A stretch of DNA of 61,622 nt, counting the filler, from Candidatus Woesearchaeota archaeon (GTDB taxonomy: Archaea; Nanobdellota; Nanobdellia; Woesearchaeales; CAZJJJ01), in NCBI GenBank assembly GCA_046538795.1. It is 4 parts of 4 records of this genome, joined end to end, with 100 filler letters (N's around TTAATTAATTAA, not from the genome) between each part and the next. Parts side by side here need not be neighbours in the genome. Positions count along the whole stretch, not along the records: positions 25,539 to 50,411 come from JBKHIF010000015.1; 3 more parts are not named here. One strand, written 5' to 3'. The position numbers and the translations under genes are program-made. This document shows positions 40,926 through 49,887 of the stretch, piece by piece. The notes beneath the pieces were generated by a model that saw nothing but the letters and a program-made list of their open reading frames with translations, did not search any database and had not been told where the DNA came from. The first letter of the stretch is position 1. Each line of letters begins with the position of its first letter.

Positions 40926-41282
40926 ATGGCAACCGAAGAAGTTCTGAACAAAACACCGTTGAGTCTTGCAGAAGTTAAGGCTAAATTATCTTCCATAAAA
41001 AAAAGAGACGAAGAGCTTAATTTCAGGGCAAACAAGGTACAGGAATACATCTCAGCTCACCACATAATGAGCCAGAAAGATGCAAAAGAGCTTGCGAGCA
41101 AGCTTGAAGAGCTTGATCTTTCCAGAATAAAGGATGTGCATATAAAAAAGATAGTTGATCTGCTTCCTGAAACTGAAGATGATCTGAAGGTTATTCTTTC
41201 CGGATATAACATAACCCAGAGTTCAGATAATGTAAAAAAGATTCTTGATGCCGTAAAAGGTTATCTTCCAAAGAACAAATAA
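40926..41282 (+). CDS. rpoF: RNA polymerase subunit F (Rpo4)
   Basis: SLAEVK..L, ELNFR, KIVDLLPETEDDLK; conserved rpl21e-rpoF-DUF655 order. Confidence 0.88.
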   Translation: MATEEVLNKTPLSLAEVKAKLSSIKKRDEELNFRANKVQEYISAHHIMSQKDAKELASKLEELDLSRIKDVHIKKIVDLLPETEDDLKVILSGYNITQSSDNVKKILDAVKGYLPKNK

Positions 41283-41417
41283 GGTTTTATTTTAGTTTTT
41301 TCTTAATATTTGTGATTCTTTAGTAAAAAGAAAAATATTTATACTCGGATTATCTACATTATATTATTAGTATTGTTTTTACTAGATAAATGTCTAGTGG
41401 TTAAGGGGGTACTGTTT

Positions 41418-41996
41418 ATGAATAATTCGCACGAAAATAAGCCTAGAGAAGAAAAAGCAATAGTATTGGATTTCCTTCCCAATGGTTATGCTTTTGAAAA
41501 GGAACAGGGATTCAGGAAAACTCCTGTAGCTCAGGCTGTCGGTGCAAATTACTTTGTGCTTCTTGAACTTGTTCCCAAAAAGGATGTTTTTCTCCAGCCT
41601 TATGAAGATGTATATATAGGAGAAGGCAAAAGGGAAAAAATCCATCATATAAGAAGCAAGATTCCTTTAGATAAGCTTACAGGTACAGCAAGATCAGAAC
41701 TTGAGTTTGTAATAAAAGATATTGTTGTAAAGAATGAGCAGAGATTTATGAGATTTTTCAATAATGCGCGTCCTCTTACTACAAGGATGCATCAGCTTGA
41801 GCTTCTTCCAGGGCTTGGCAAGAAGCACATGTGGGAAATAATTGATGAGAGAAAAGCAGGTGAATTCAAAAACTATGATGATCTTAAGAAAAGGATAAAG
41901 CTAATGCCTGACCCTGTAAAGACTATCGTTAAAAGGATACTTGAAGAACTTTCTGGAAAAGAAAAGCACTACATCTTTGTAGATGTCAATTTCTGA
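41418..41996 (+). CDS. DUF655 family putative RNA-binding protein
   Basis: VLDFLPNG, AQAVG..YFVLLE, FFNNARPLTTRMHQLELLPGLGKK. Confidence 0.92.
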   Translation: MNNSHENKPREEKAIVLDFLPNGYAFEKEQGFRKTPVAQAVGANYFVLLELVPKKDVFLQPYEDVYIGEGKREKIHHIRSKIPLDKLTGTARSELEFVIKDIVVKNEQRFMRFFNNARPLTTRMHQLELLPGLGKKHMWEIIDERKAGEFKNYDDLKKRIKLMPDPVKTIVKRILEELSGKEKHYIFVDVNF

Positions 41997-41997
41997 G

Positions 41998-42235
41998 TTA
42001 TTGAAAATTTCGCAAGAAACACGATTGAAACTTTGTTTCAATGTGCACAGAAATTTAAAAAATTTCTTTTCGTTTTTGAGGGATTGGCCCTGAAAGGGTC
42101 CTCCTTTGGAGCAATACCCGTCATTCATGGCGAAATTTTCAATCCCTCAAACCGAAGGCAAAATGCACCAAAGGTATACCCTTGTAGGGCACCCCATCCT
42201 TCAGGTCGGGGAATAGCCATCGGTTTGAGTTATTT
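41998..42235 (+). repeat. Dispersed structured repeat, copy C (longest)
   Basis: Same termini as copies A and B; several perfect hairpins; fills the whole gap between two convergent stop codons. Confidence 0.85.
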
Positions 42236-43209
42236 CAAATTTTTAGGTTTAATACCCTTGGGTAGTGATTTTCTTCATTTTCTAATATTTCTTTTGGATC
42301 ATTGATATTCTTTCCTTTCACAGGAATGAATTCATCCCAGCCAAAGTGTTCAGGATATTCTTTCCAAGGACCTTCACAGATGTTAAAATATTTGCAATCT
42401 TTGCATTTTTCATGCTTTACTTTTGCACCTTTCATCTTTTCAGCTTTAAAATCCTTAATTACCCTGTTTCTTTCTTCAATCCTTGTTGGAGGTATGTAGA
42501 ATTCAGAAACATGTTTTTCATATCCCTCCATGAAACAAAATGGGACTGCTTCTACCATGACAAATATCCCATGCGAGTTTGCTATATCAATGCCTTTTTT
42601 AAGATAAGGCACAGCGAGGCTCTTATAAGGCATCATACTTTCTATGTTTGTAAGGGCGTTTCCCATGGCGTGAACAAACGCGAACTGGAACTGATCTACT
42701 CCAAGACCGCACAAAAGCTTTGCAAGCTGAGGCGCATACCTGTAATTAGGCTTTACGATAACAGAATTCATGACAATATACTGACCCATATTTTTCAGGT
42801 TTTTTATTCCCTGGACAGTCTGCTCAAAAGCTCCTGAAGACGATGTAAGAAAATCATGTATCTCCTTTTTGTATCCATGAAGTGCAGGAGAAAACTCATT
42901 TGCGCCTGCTTTTATTATCTTTTTGCAAAAATCCTTATTTGAAAACATTCGTCCGTTGCTTTGAATCTGTATTGTGCTGAATCCAAGTTTTTTTGCAAAA
43001 CTTACAAGGCTTAATGCATCTTTTCTTAAGGTGAATTCTCCCCCTGTAAAAACAACACCTGAACAATTATCTTTTTTTGCATTAACAAGAGATTCTTTAA
43101 TCTCATCATAGTCCTTGTTGGCGTATTTTTTATTATGCGCCTGTACGCAGAATTTGCAGTTGCAGTTGCAAAGATATCCTGTCTTAATATCTACTCTTTT
43201 AAATGACAT
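42235..43209 (-). CDS. Radical SAM protein, HxsC-like, with C-terminal Cys cluster
   Basis: CNCNCKFC, FTGGEF, QSNGR, VPFC and C-terminal CKDCKYFNICEG. Confidence 0.88.
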   Translation of the reverse strand: MSFKRVDIKTGYLCNCNCKFCVQAHNKKYANKDYDEIKESLVNAKKDNCSGVVFTGGEFTLRKDALSLVSFAKKLGFSTIQIQSNGRMFSNKDFCKKIIKAGANEFSPALHGYKKEIHDFLTSSSGAFEQTVQGIKNLKNMGQYIVMNSVIVKPNYRYAPQLAKLLCGLGVDQFQFAFVHAMGNALTNIESMMPYKSLAVPYLKKGIDIANSHGIFVMVEAVPFCFMEGYEKHVSEFYIPPTRIEERNRVIKDFKAEKMKGAKVKHEKCKDCKYFNICEGPWKEYPEHFGWDEFIPVKGKNINDPKEILENEENHYPRVLNLKI

Positions 43210-43219
43210 TTTAGCATGA

Positions 43220-44821
43220 TCAGTCTGTCGCAATTTCAGTTATCCTTATGGTTGCATCTTCTTCTTCTTCTTTTGCGCCTTTTGTGGATGTTTCATTTTC
43301 TTTAAAAGGCGTTGTTATAGGATTATTTTCATAGATTCCCATAACTCCCCGCTTGTAGAAAGGCCATTTGTACATGTGTTTTTTTGCTTCAGGATCATGC
43401 AGAATCTTTTCAAAGATAAATTCGAACATTCCTTTATGTATCTTGCACCTGTAGTTTGCAGGGATATTGGTTATGAATCCCTTTTCTGTATTGTATATCT
43501 CAAGAGGGCATATTCCACAGTATGTGAACCAGGGACACTCATCGCATGTTGCAGTCAGATTAGATACAGACTGAAGGGTCTTTGTTACAGGGCAGTTGAG
43601 AAGATCCTTGTATTCAGAGGTGAATACATCTCCTACCTTGAATTCAGGCATTGTCCTTCCTTCATCACACGTATAGATGCTTCCATCATAGTCATAGACT
43701 ACCTGTCCGATGACTGCTCCGCATGGTATCTGAAGTTCAGCATATCCTGCATCAAGATTCCTTATAAGCTTGAAAAGTATCATGGATGCAATATTTTCGC
43801 TGACTTCTATTCCTTTCTTGTTGAGTTCAATCATGTAATTTATGGTCTTTTTCCATTTATCAAGATATTCTTCTGGAGAATAAGACATCTGTTCCCATGC
43901 CTTTGATGCAAATCCGAATCTTGAGATGTACTTGAATCTCACTGAATTAAAACCCTGCTTGACATATTCATCCACAATATCTTTCCATAAGTTTAATGAA
44001 TCGTTTACTATGACTGGTATAGCATTCACGCTGGGATATTTGTGTTTCTTTAGCATATCTAGAGTCTTTATGACAGATTCATAAGTTCCTTTGCCTGTTT
44101 CAGTATATTTCCTGTTTTTGTCATGGAGGTCCTTAGGTCCGTCAAGAGAAAGACACAATCCAACCTTATGTTCCTCGAGGAATTCAAGCATATCTTCTTT
44201 TAGGTATATTCCGTTTGTAACTATTGAAAAAAGGGTTGTCTTGTTATTTTCTTTCCCCATCTTTTCAGCTTTTAAGATTGCTTTTTTCACAAGATCCCAT
44301 TTGAGAAGTGGTTCTCCGCCTGTGAATTCTATTGAGTATGTCTTTGAAGGGCTTTTGAATATGAAATCAATGGTTTTTTCCATGACTTTTTCATCCATGT
44401 CAACATCTTTCTTATCAAGAGGAGCCCTAAAAGCATAGCAATATCTGCATGTGAAATTGCATCTTAAAGTAGGAACAATGATGTGCAGGCTTGTTCCGTT
44501 TGATATGTGCCAGTAATAATCATTGATCTGATGCGCAACCCTGTCCATGTTTGCATCTGTAATTATCATGAAACTTTCTTCAAGTTTTTTGAAAAGTTCT
44601 TCAGACATGTTTCCGAATAAGAAATCTTCATATTCTTTTTTGAAAAGAAACAGCCATTTTCCATAATCGTTGGTTAGAAGTACTCCGTCATCATATTTTC
44701 TTGTCCTTAACTTGACAGTTCTGAAATCTTCTCCTTCTTTGAACCCAGCTGTATTTTCTTGATTAATATCAGGAGAAGATATTTTTTTACTGTCTTTAGG
44801 ATTGAAATCAGGAATAGTCAT
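43220..44821 (-). CDS. hxsB: His-Xaa-Ser system radical SAM/SPASM maturase, HxsB-like
   Basis: SLHIIVPTLRCNFTCRYC, IEFTGGEPLL, SLDGPKDLHDKNR, PCGAVIGQVVYDYDGSIYTCDEG, CDECPWFTYCGICP. Confidence 0.85.
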   Translation of the reverse strand: MTIPDFNPKDSKKISSPDINQENTAGFKEGEDFRTVKLRTRKYDDGVLLTNDYGKWLFLFKKEYEDFLFGNMSEELFKKLEESFMIITDANMDRVAHQINDYYWHISNGTSLHIIVPTLRCNFTCRYCYAFRAPLDKKDVDMDEKVMEKTIDFIFKSPSKTYSIEFTGGEPLLKWDLVKKAILKAEKMGKENNKTTLFSIVTNGIYLKEDMLEFLEEHKVGLCLSLDGPKDLHDKNRKYTETGKGTYESVIKTLDMLKKHKYPSVNAIPVIVNDSLNLWKDIVDEYVKQGFNSVRFKYISRFGFASKAWEQMSYSPEEYLDKWKKTINYMIELNKKGIEVSENIASMILFKLIRNLDAGYAELQIPCGAVIGQVVYDYDGSIYTCDEGRTMPEFKVGDVFTSEYKDLLNCPVTKTLQSVSNLTATCDECPWFTYCGICPLEIYNTEKGFITNIPANYRCKIHKGMFEFIFEKILHDPEAKKHMYKWPFYKRGVMGIYENNPITTPFKENETSTKGAKEEEEDATIRITEIATD

Positions 44822-44909
44822 TATATTTTTGCCTCATTTATTTTCTTTTAATAATCTTATGTTGAACAGGGTTGAAAGAAAACAATAACAACTCTTTATG
44901 GTTTGAAAA

Positions 44910-45185
44910 TCATTCACATGCTTCTTCGTCTGTCATCTGGTTTTTTATCTTTCTTGTCATTATACCAAGAGTATAATTGAAAAATGAAAAAACAGCGTCT
45001 CTGACTTCATCAGAACTTTTTTTTGGCTCAATTCTTATGAAAAGAGAGTTTCCATCGTCAGCACCCTTTATGGCCACATAACAGCTTTCTGTGAACTCTT
45101 TTGCAGCTTCAATTATCGAAGGATAATCATAAAAATTGAAATCCATCTCAAATTCAGCAGAGTTCTTTTCAAACTTAATCTCCAT
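44910..45185 (-). CDS. HxsD-like small protein
   Basis: FYDYPSIIEAAKEFTE...FFNYTLG parallels the upstream HxsD-like gene; AAGGTGA RBS. Confidence 0.65.
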   Translation of the reverse strand: MEIKFEKNSAEFEMDFNFYDYPSIIEAAKEFTESCYVAIKGADDGNSLFIRIEPKKSSDEVRDAVFSFFNYTLGIMTRKIKNQMTDEEACE

Positions 45186-45729
45186 GGATTTCACCTTCTT
45201 TCTTATCTCCGTATTTTTCTTCCCAGGGAATAGCTATTCCTTCAGGATCATCGAATTCAAAATCGTCATCAAGTTCTTCATCGTCTTTGTTTATCGTGGC
45301 ATCAATCTCTTCGTCATCTTCAAAATCATCTGTATCAAAAACGTCTTCATCTTCTTCAGAAATGTCTGTTTCCTTTTGGATGTTTTTGGATGAATCTGCT
45401 TCAGTATCATAAAGATTTATGTTGTCGAATGATTTTTTCAGAAGAAGCGCCCTTAGAATCTCTTTTTTCTTTGAATTTATCTTGTAGTAAGTATAGTTTA
45501 CAAGCTGGTTCATAAAATTTTTTGCAAGAAGAGAAAGAGCTTCTTTATCATTTTTTGATTTATCCTTGTAGGATATATTTACAGTGATCTCAATTTCAGG
45601 ATCACCTTCAAAATATATGTATGAATCCTCCATAGTCTGATATGCTGCAGAATATATTGCCTCAAGATCATAAAGTCTTGGGTTTAACTCTATTACAGCA
45701 AAATCATCTTTGATCTTAAAAAATTCCAT
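45175..45729 (-). CDS. hxsD: His-Xaa-Ser system protein, HxsD-like, with acidic tail
   Basis: LNPRLYDLEAIYSAAY...NFMNQLVNY...ILRALL; Asp/Glu-rich tail ending DDPEGIAIPWEEKYG; first gene of the operon. Confidence 0.7.
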   Translation of the reverse strand: MEFFKIKDDFAVIELNPRLYDLEAIYSAAYQTMEDSYIYFEGDPEIEITVNISYKDKSKNDKEALSLLAKNFMNQLVNYTYYKINSKKKEILRALLLKKSFDNINLYDTEADSSKNIQKETDISEEDEDVFDTDDFEDDEEIDATINKDDEELDDDFEFDDPEGIAIPWEEKYGDKKEGEIHGD

Positions 45730-45872
45730 GAAATTCCCCTCCTGAACAATTGGATGCGATAATTGATTTCCTGCATTACAGGATAATAATCATCTTGGCT
45801 TTTTCTTTGCAAAGCTTAATTTTCAGGATATTGGAAACCTTTATAATTTTTTCCATTACTCCAATTTTTATT

Positions 45873-47024
45873 ATGTATGAGATTCTATTCTGGATAGGCA
45901 TACTTTTTGTTGGAGGCATAACATCCTTTACAGACATAAAATATGGCAAGATAAGAAACAAGGTGCTTCTTATCGGTATTTTGTATGCTGTGGCAATAAA
46001 TCTGATTATTTTCTTTAGCTTGGAATCTCTTAATCCCCGGGCTTATCTGCACTATTTCACAAATTCTGCCTTCATGCTTTTTTTAGGTTTTCTCCTATGG
46101 ATAGTTGGTCTTTGGACTGCTGGTGATGCCAAACTCTTTTTTGTACTTAATCTCCTTACGCCGCCTTCTATGATAACGAATTATTACCTTGGGTTGTTCT
46201 ATGGTTTTGTTTTTTTCATAAACATATTTGGCGTGATATTCTTATTTGCATTATATCGCATAATAAGGACTGTAAGCAAAAATGAACTTGTTTACAGCTT
46301 AAAAAAAACACTTGTGCCAAGAAACATACTTATGATTTCTCTATTCATTTTTTCTTTCAGCTATATTATACAATTTTTCCCTGATTTTTTTCGCCAGAAT
46401 TTTTTCATCGTGGTCATCTTGTTTTTTATCCTTTATTCTCTTTTTGAGATGATATTCGGCAAAAGGCTTATTTTGTTTATTGTTATATTATCTCTTGCAA
46501 GGCTCATAATAGATTTCAGGAATATTTTTTCTTTGGGTTTCCTTATTAATTTTGTTCTTCAGATTTTAGCCTTATTATTTCTCAGGTTTGTTTTGCTTAG
46601 GCTTAGCTATTTTGCATTCACAAAAAAAGTCAGGATAGATGACCTGAGAAAGGGAATGTTTCTTGCAGAAGACATATTTCCTGTAAATTTCATAGAGCAT
46701 GATGAGGAAAGGAGAAAACAGTATGATATTGATGATAAATCAGTTCTAAGATATGACAAACAAATGATAGAAAATCTTACTTTTATTTCTTATCTTCAGA
46801 ACAAGGATTTCAGGTCTTTTGAATATGATAAGAATCTGGGCTTAAGTGAAGACAACCTAATGTGGTTCAGGAATAATAAGAAAAACCTGCTTTTCAAGAG
46901 CATAAGAATATATGAGACTATGCCTTTTGCTCCGATAATTATGGTTGGCGTGATAATTACTTTGCTAATTAAAGGAAACATTTTTACAGGTTTGGCCGGA
47001 ATCATAAGAAATCTTTTTAACTAG
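45873..47024 (+). CDS. A24-family (prepilin/prearchaellin-type) aspartic peptidase
   Basis: SFTDIKYGKIRN (Asp1), LWTAGDAKLF (GxGD-type Asp2), many TMs, IDDLRKGMFLAE, C-terminal MPFAPII. Confidence 0.88.
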   Translation: MYEILFWIGILFVGGITSFTDIKYGKIRNKVLLIGILYAVAINLIIFFSLESLNPRAYLHYFTNSAFMLFLGFLLWIVGLWTAGDAKLFFVLNLLTPPSMITNYYLGLFYGFVFFINIFGVIFLFALYRIIRTVSKNELVYSLKKTLVPRNILMISLFIFSFSYIIQFFPDFFRQNFFIVVILFFILYSLFEMIFGKRLILFIVILSLARLIIDFRNIFSLGFLINFVLQILALLFLRFVLLRLSYFAFTKKVRIDDLRKGMFLAEDIFPVNFIEHDEERRKQYDIDDKSVLRYDKQMIENLTFISYLQNKDFRSFEYDKNLGLSEDNLMWFRNNKKNLLFKSIRIYETMPFAPIIMVGVIITLLIKGNIFTGLAGIIRNLFN

Positions 47025-47118
47025 AACGAGTATCGCGTTATTTGTTTCAGAGAGGGTTCCTTTATGGATAATCTTTGAGCCATTCAGAAGAATGGTCTTC
47101 TGAACTATTGATAATAGT

Positions 47119-48051
47119 ATGCTTAATGTCAACCAGATGATCACTATGAATGATGGATATGTATTAATCACAAGAGACTGCAACAATGACTGTCTGTTCT
47201 GTTCAGTTCCTAAGAGAGAAGAATATCTTTCAAAAGATGATATTTTTACAAGGATTGAGAATCTTATAAAAACAGGACACACCCAGATAACCATATCAGG
47301 AGGAGAACCTATCCTTCATAAGAATCTTTATGAGATTGTTAGTTTCATAAGATCAAAAGGTCTCACAGCAAGGGTTATAACAAACGGAACCCTTCTTGAC
47401 AAGAAAATAATTAATAAACTGGTGATGTCAGGACTTAACGACATAGTATTCTCAATTCACAGTCTTGATCCATCGTTATCTAAGACGATTTCTGCAAATG
47501 ACGAATATGATATTTCAAAGGTTCTGGCTTCGCTTAGATATGCTTTATCAATATCCTCTTTAGGGGTATGCTGGAACACTACTATAACAGGATTGAACTA
47601 TAAAGAGCTTCCTTATATTGCAAAAACGATATCTTCTGAATTCAAAAATATTGGAGTTATAACTCTTAATTTTGTCGATCTGAGCGGCAATGCAGCAAAT
47701 AAAAAAAATAATGATGTCAACATAACTTATGATCTTGCAGAGGTTTATCTATACAAAGCGATGCAGATATTAAAAAAAAATAATATTATTTTTAGGGCAG
47801 AGAGAATTCCTTTATGTTATCTTGTTGGGTTTGAAGATTATTCCTCTGATTACAACAGATTTTCCGGAAAAGAAAGCCTTAACACAGTTTTTACAGAAGG
47901 AAGAGTGGCAGAGACTCCGGGAAGTGATTATGTTAAGGCTTCCTGCTGCAAAGCCTGTTATAATAATAATATCTGCTTTGGTGTTCATCCCAGATATGCA
48001 AAAAACAATGGAACTGGTTCTCTTTATCCGATTTTTCATAAGAAAAAATAA
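47119..48051 (+). CDS. Radical SAM protein, HxsC-like
   Basis: CNNDCLFC, ISGGEP, TNG, IPLC and C-terminal CKACYNNNICFG. Confidence 0.88.
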   Translation: MLNVNQMITMNDGYVLITRDCNNDCLFCSVPKREEYLSKDDIFTRIENLIKTGHTQITISGGEPILHKNLYEIVSFIRSKGLTARVITNGTLLDKKIINKLVMSGLNDIVFSIHSLDPSLSKTISANDEYDISKVLASLRYALSISSLGVCWNTTITGLNYKELPYIAKTISSEFKNIGVITLNFVDLSGNAANKKNNDVNITYDLAEVYLYKAMQILKKNNIIFRAERIPLCYLVGFEDYSSDYNRFSGKESLNTVFTEGRVAETPGSDYVKASCCKACYNNNICFGVHPRYAKNNGTGSLYPIFHKKK

Positions 48052-48053
48052 GA

Positions 48054-49790
48054 TCATCTCTTCTTGCTGAATAATTTAAGGTGCATATCATAGAAACCAG
48101 CGCATCTGTTTTTGTAGGTGCAATTTTCGCATTCTTTTATTCTTTCCTTGTGAAGAGTATCGTATATAAATTTTACATATTCATAAAAATTCAGCTGATC
48201 TTGTGCCTTAATCCCTTTTATGTTGATAGTATCAAGGAACCAGTCAGTTTCAAAATGATTATTTTTTATAAATTCATCAGAGAATATGCAGTAAGGAAAA
48301 TTCCTCATGGTATAAGAGATTTTCAGATCCTTGCAGAGACTTGTGGCTCTTTCCAGATACTTAGGCAAATAATCATAGTTTGAAGCGATATTGAAATTGT
48401 CTTTTATTGACATGCCCTTATGCCAGCTTATTTCTCTTTGGGCAAAATCATAGGGATTAAGAGCAGAGAAAGAGAATCTTTTTATTCCTTTATCATAATA
48501 TTTTTTTATGATATGCACCAGGTTTGGGAGTGTGCTTTTTGTAATTAGTATATTTATCCTTGTTTGTTCGCAAATTGTTTTTGGTATATCTATTTGATTT
48601 TCTATCTTCTTGATGATGTTGTTTTTTTTGATAATATTTGGCATATCAAATTCAAATATTGTTTTTTTGTAAACCTCAGGAAACTTAAAGTTATCTTTTG
48701 GATTTTTGATTATTGTTCCTGCTTCTGGAAAATATGATCTGATCAATTTGAGGCCATTTTTATCAGTTTTTCCATTTATTATTATTTCTTTTATGTATTT
48801 TATTTCATTAAGAATTCTTATGTTTTTTTCATTTATATTTTCGTTTGGAATTATTATCCTTATTCCGTTTTCGATGTTATTTTCTGACGCTTTTTTAAAT
48901 ATGCTTTTCAAAGCCTTGCAAGTTGATTCCAGTCTGCAATATTCGCACTTTATGCCTTCGCATGCAGGGGGCATTGAAAACATGTCATCGTTCATTGATA
49001 TTGACATCTCTACAAGTTTGGTTGTGTCTTGTTTGTATATCTCATATCCTTCCATGTATTTTATCGGGGCTCTTAATACCCAGCATACAAGCTTTTTTTT
49101 CCTGCAAATCTCAAGGGCTTTCTTAAGGTAGGGTTCAACATCACTGTATTTTGGCATGATATCATTGAAATTTACAATTGCATTTCCTGCAAGAGTCGGT
49201 CCCATCAGGTCTATATCTCCTGTAATATTCAGATCGTCTGTTATGAATTTTATCATTTCAGGAAGATACTTGTAATTTTGCTTAAAGATACCCACATCAA
49301 TACTTATCAGAATTTTATTTTTTTTCAGTATTTTTACAGCTTTTTTAAGCTGTTCAAAGCTTTTTGACTGAGTGAGATAATCATGGATTTTTTTGGTATG
49401 CCCATGGAAAGACAATGTGGCCTCTGTCAATCCTGCTTTTATGCAGGCGTTTGTGAATGACTCATTTGAAAACATCCTGCCGTTGGAAATTATCTGTACA
49501 TTTTTGACAGGTCTTATTTCATTTATTTTACAGAATCTTATTATTTTTATTATGTCTGGATGTATTGTTGGTTCTCCTCCTGAAAGGATTATCTTGTTGA
49601 CATTGCTTTTGAGTGCTTCTCTTATCTCATTTTTGATGGATTCAAAATTCTTGTGCTTTTCAGAAGGATGATGTCCCTGAAGACAGAAAAGGCAGTTGTT
49701 GTTGCATTTTAGTGTAATTGTTATGTGTGCGCGATCTGTCTTATGGCTGATTACAGTTGATCCTGTTTTTAGATCTTTTTCACTTTTCAT
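48054..49790 (-). CDS. Radical SAM protein with a second degenerate module
   Basis: CNNNCLFC, LSGGEPTIHP, SNGRMF; internal CEYCRLESTC; C-terminal NFPYC ... CENCTYKNRCAG. Confidence 0.88.
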   Translation of the reverse strand: MKSEKDLKTGSTVISHKTDRAHITITLKCNNNCLFCLQGHHPSEKHKNFESIKNEIREALKSNVNKIILSGGEPTIHPDIIKIIRFCKINEIRPVKNVQIISNGRMFSNESFTNACIKAGLTEATLSFHGHTKKIHDYLTQSKSFEQLKKAVKILKKNKILISIDVGIFKQNYKYLPEMIKFITDDLNITGDIDLMGPTLAGNAIVNFNDIMPKYSDVEPYLKKALEICRKKKLVCWVLRAPIKYMEGYEIYKQDTTKLVEMSISMNDDMFSMPPACEGIKCEYCRLESTCKALKSIFKKASENNIENGIRIIIPNENINEKNIRILNEIKYIKEIIINGKTDKNGLKLIRSYFPEAGTIIKNPKDNFKFPEVYKKTIFEFDMPNIIKKNNIIKKIENQIDIPKTICEQTRINILITKSTLPNLVHIIKKYYDKGIKRFSFSALNPYDFAQREISWHKGMSIKDNFNIASNYDYLPKYLERATSLCKDLKISYTMRNFPYCIFSDEFIKNNHFETDWFLDTINIKGIKAQDQLNFYEYVKFIYDTLHKERIKECENCTYKNRCAGFYDMHLKLFSKKR

Positions 49791-49887
49791 ACTTTTTCGG
49801 GATTGTTGCAGGATTTAAAAAATATTGTTTTGTAAGGATATTTTAAAAATCAAAAATTATATAAAGATAATCTATTAGTAAATATTT

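Noticed and set aside
42033..42305. ORFs over the dispersed repeat (42033-42305, 34088-34360)
   Set aside because: Translations of the non-coding repeat; they do not resemble a transposase and the copies differ by large indels.
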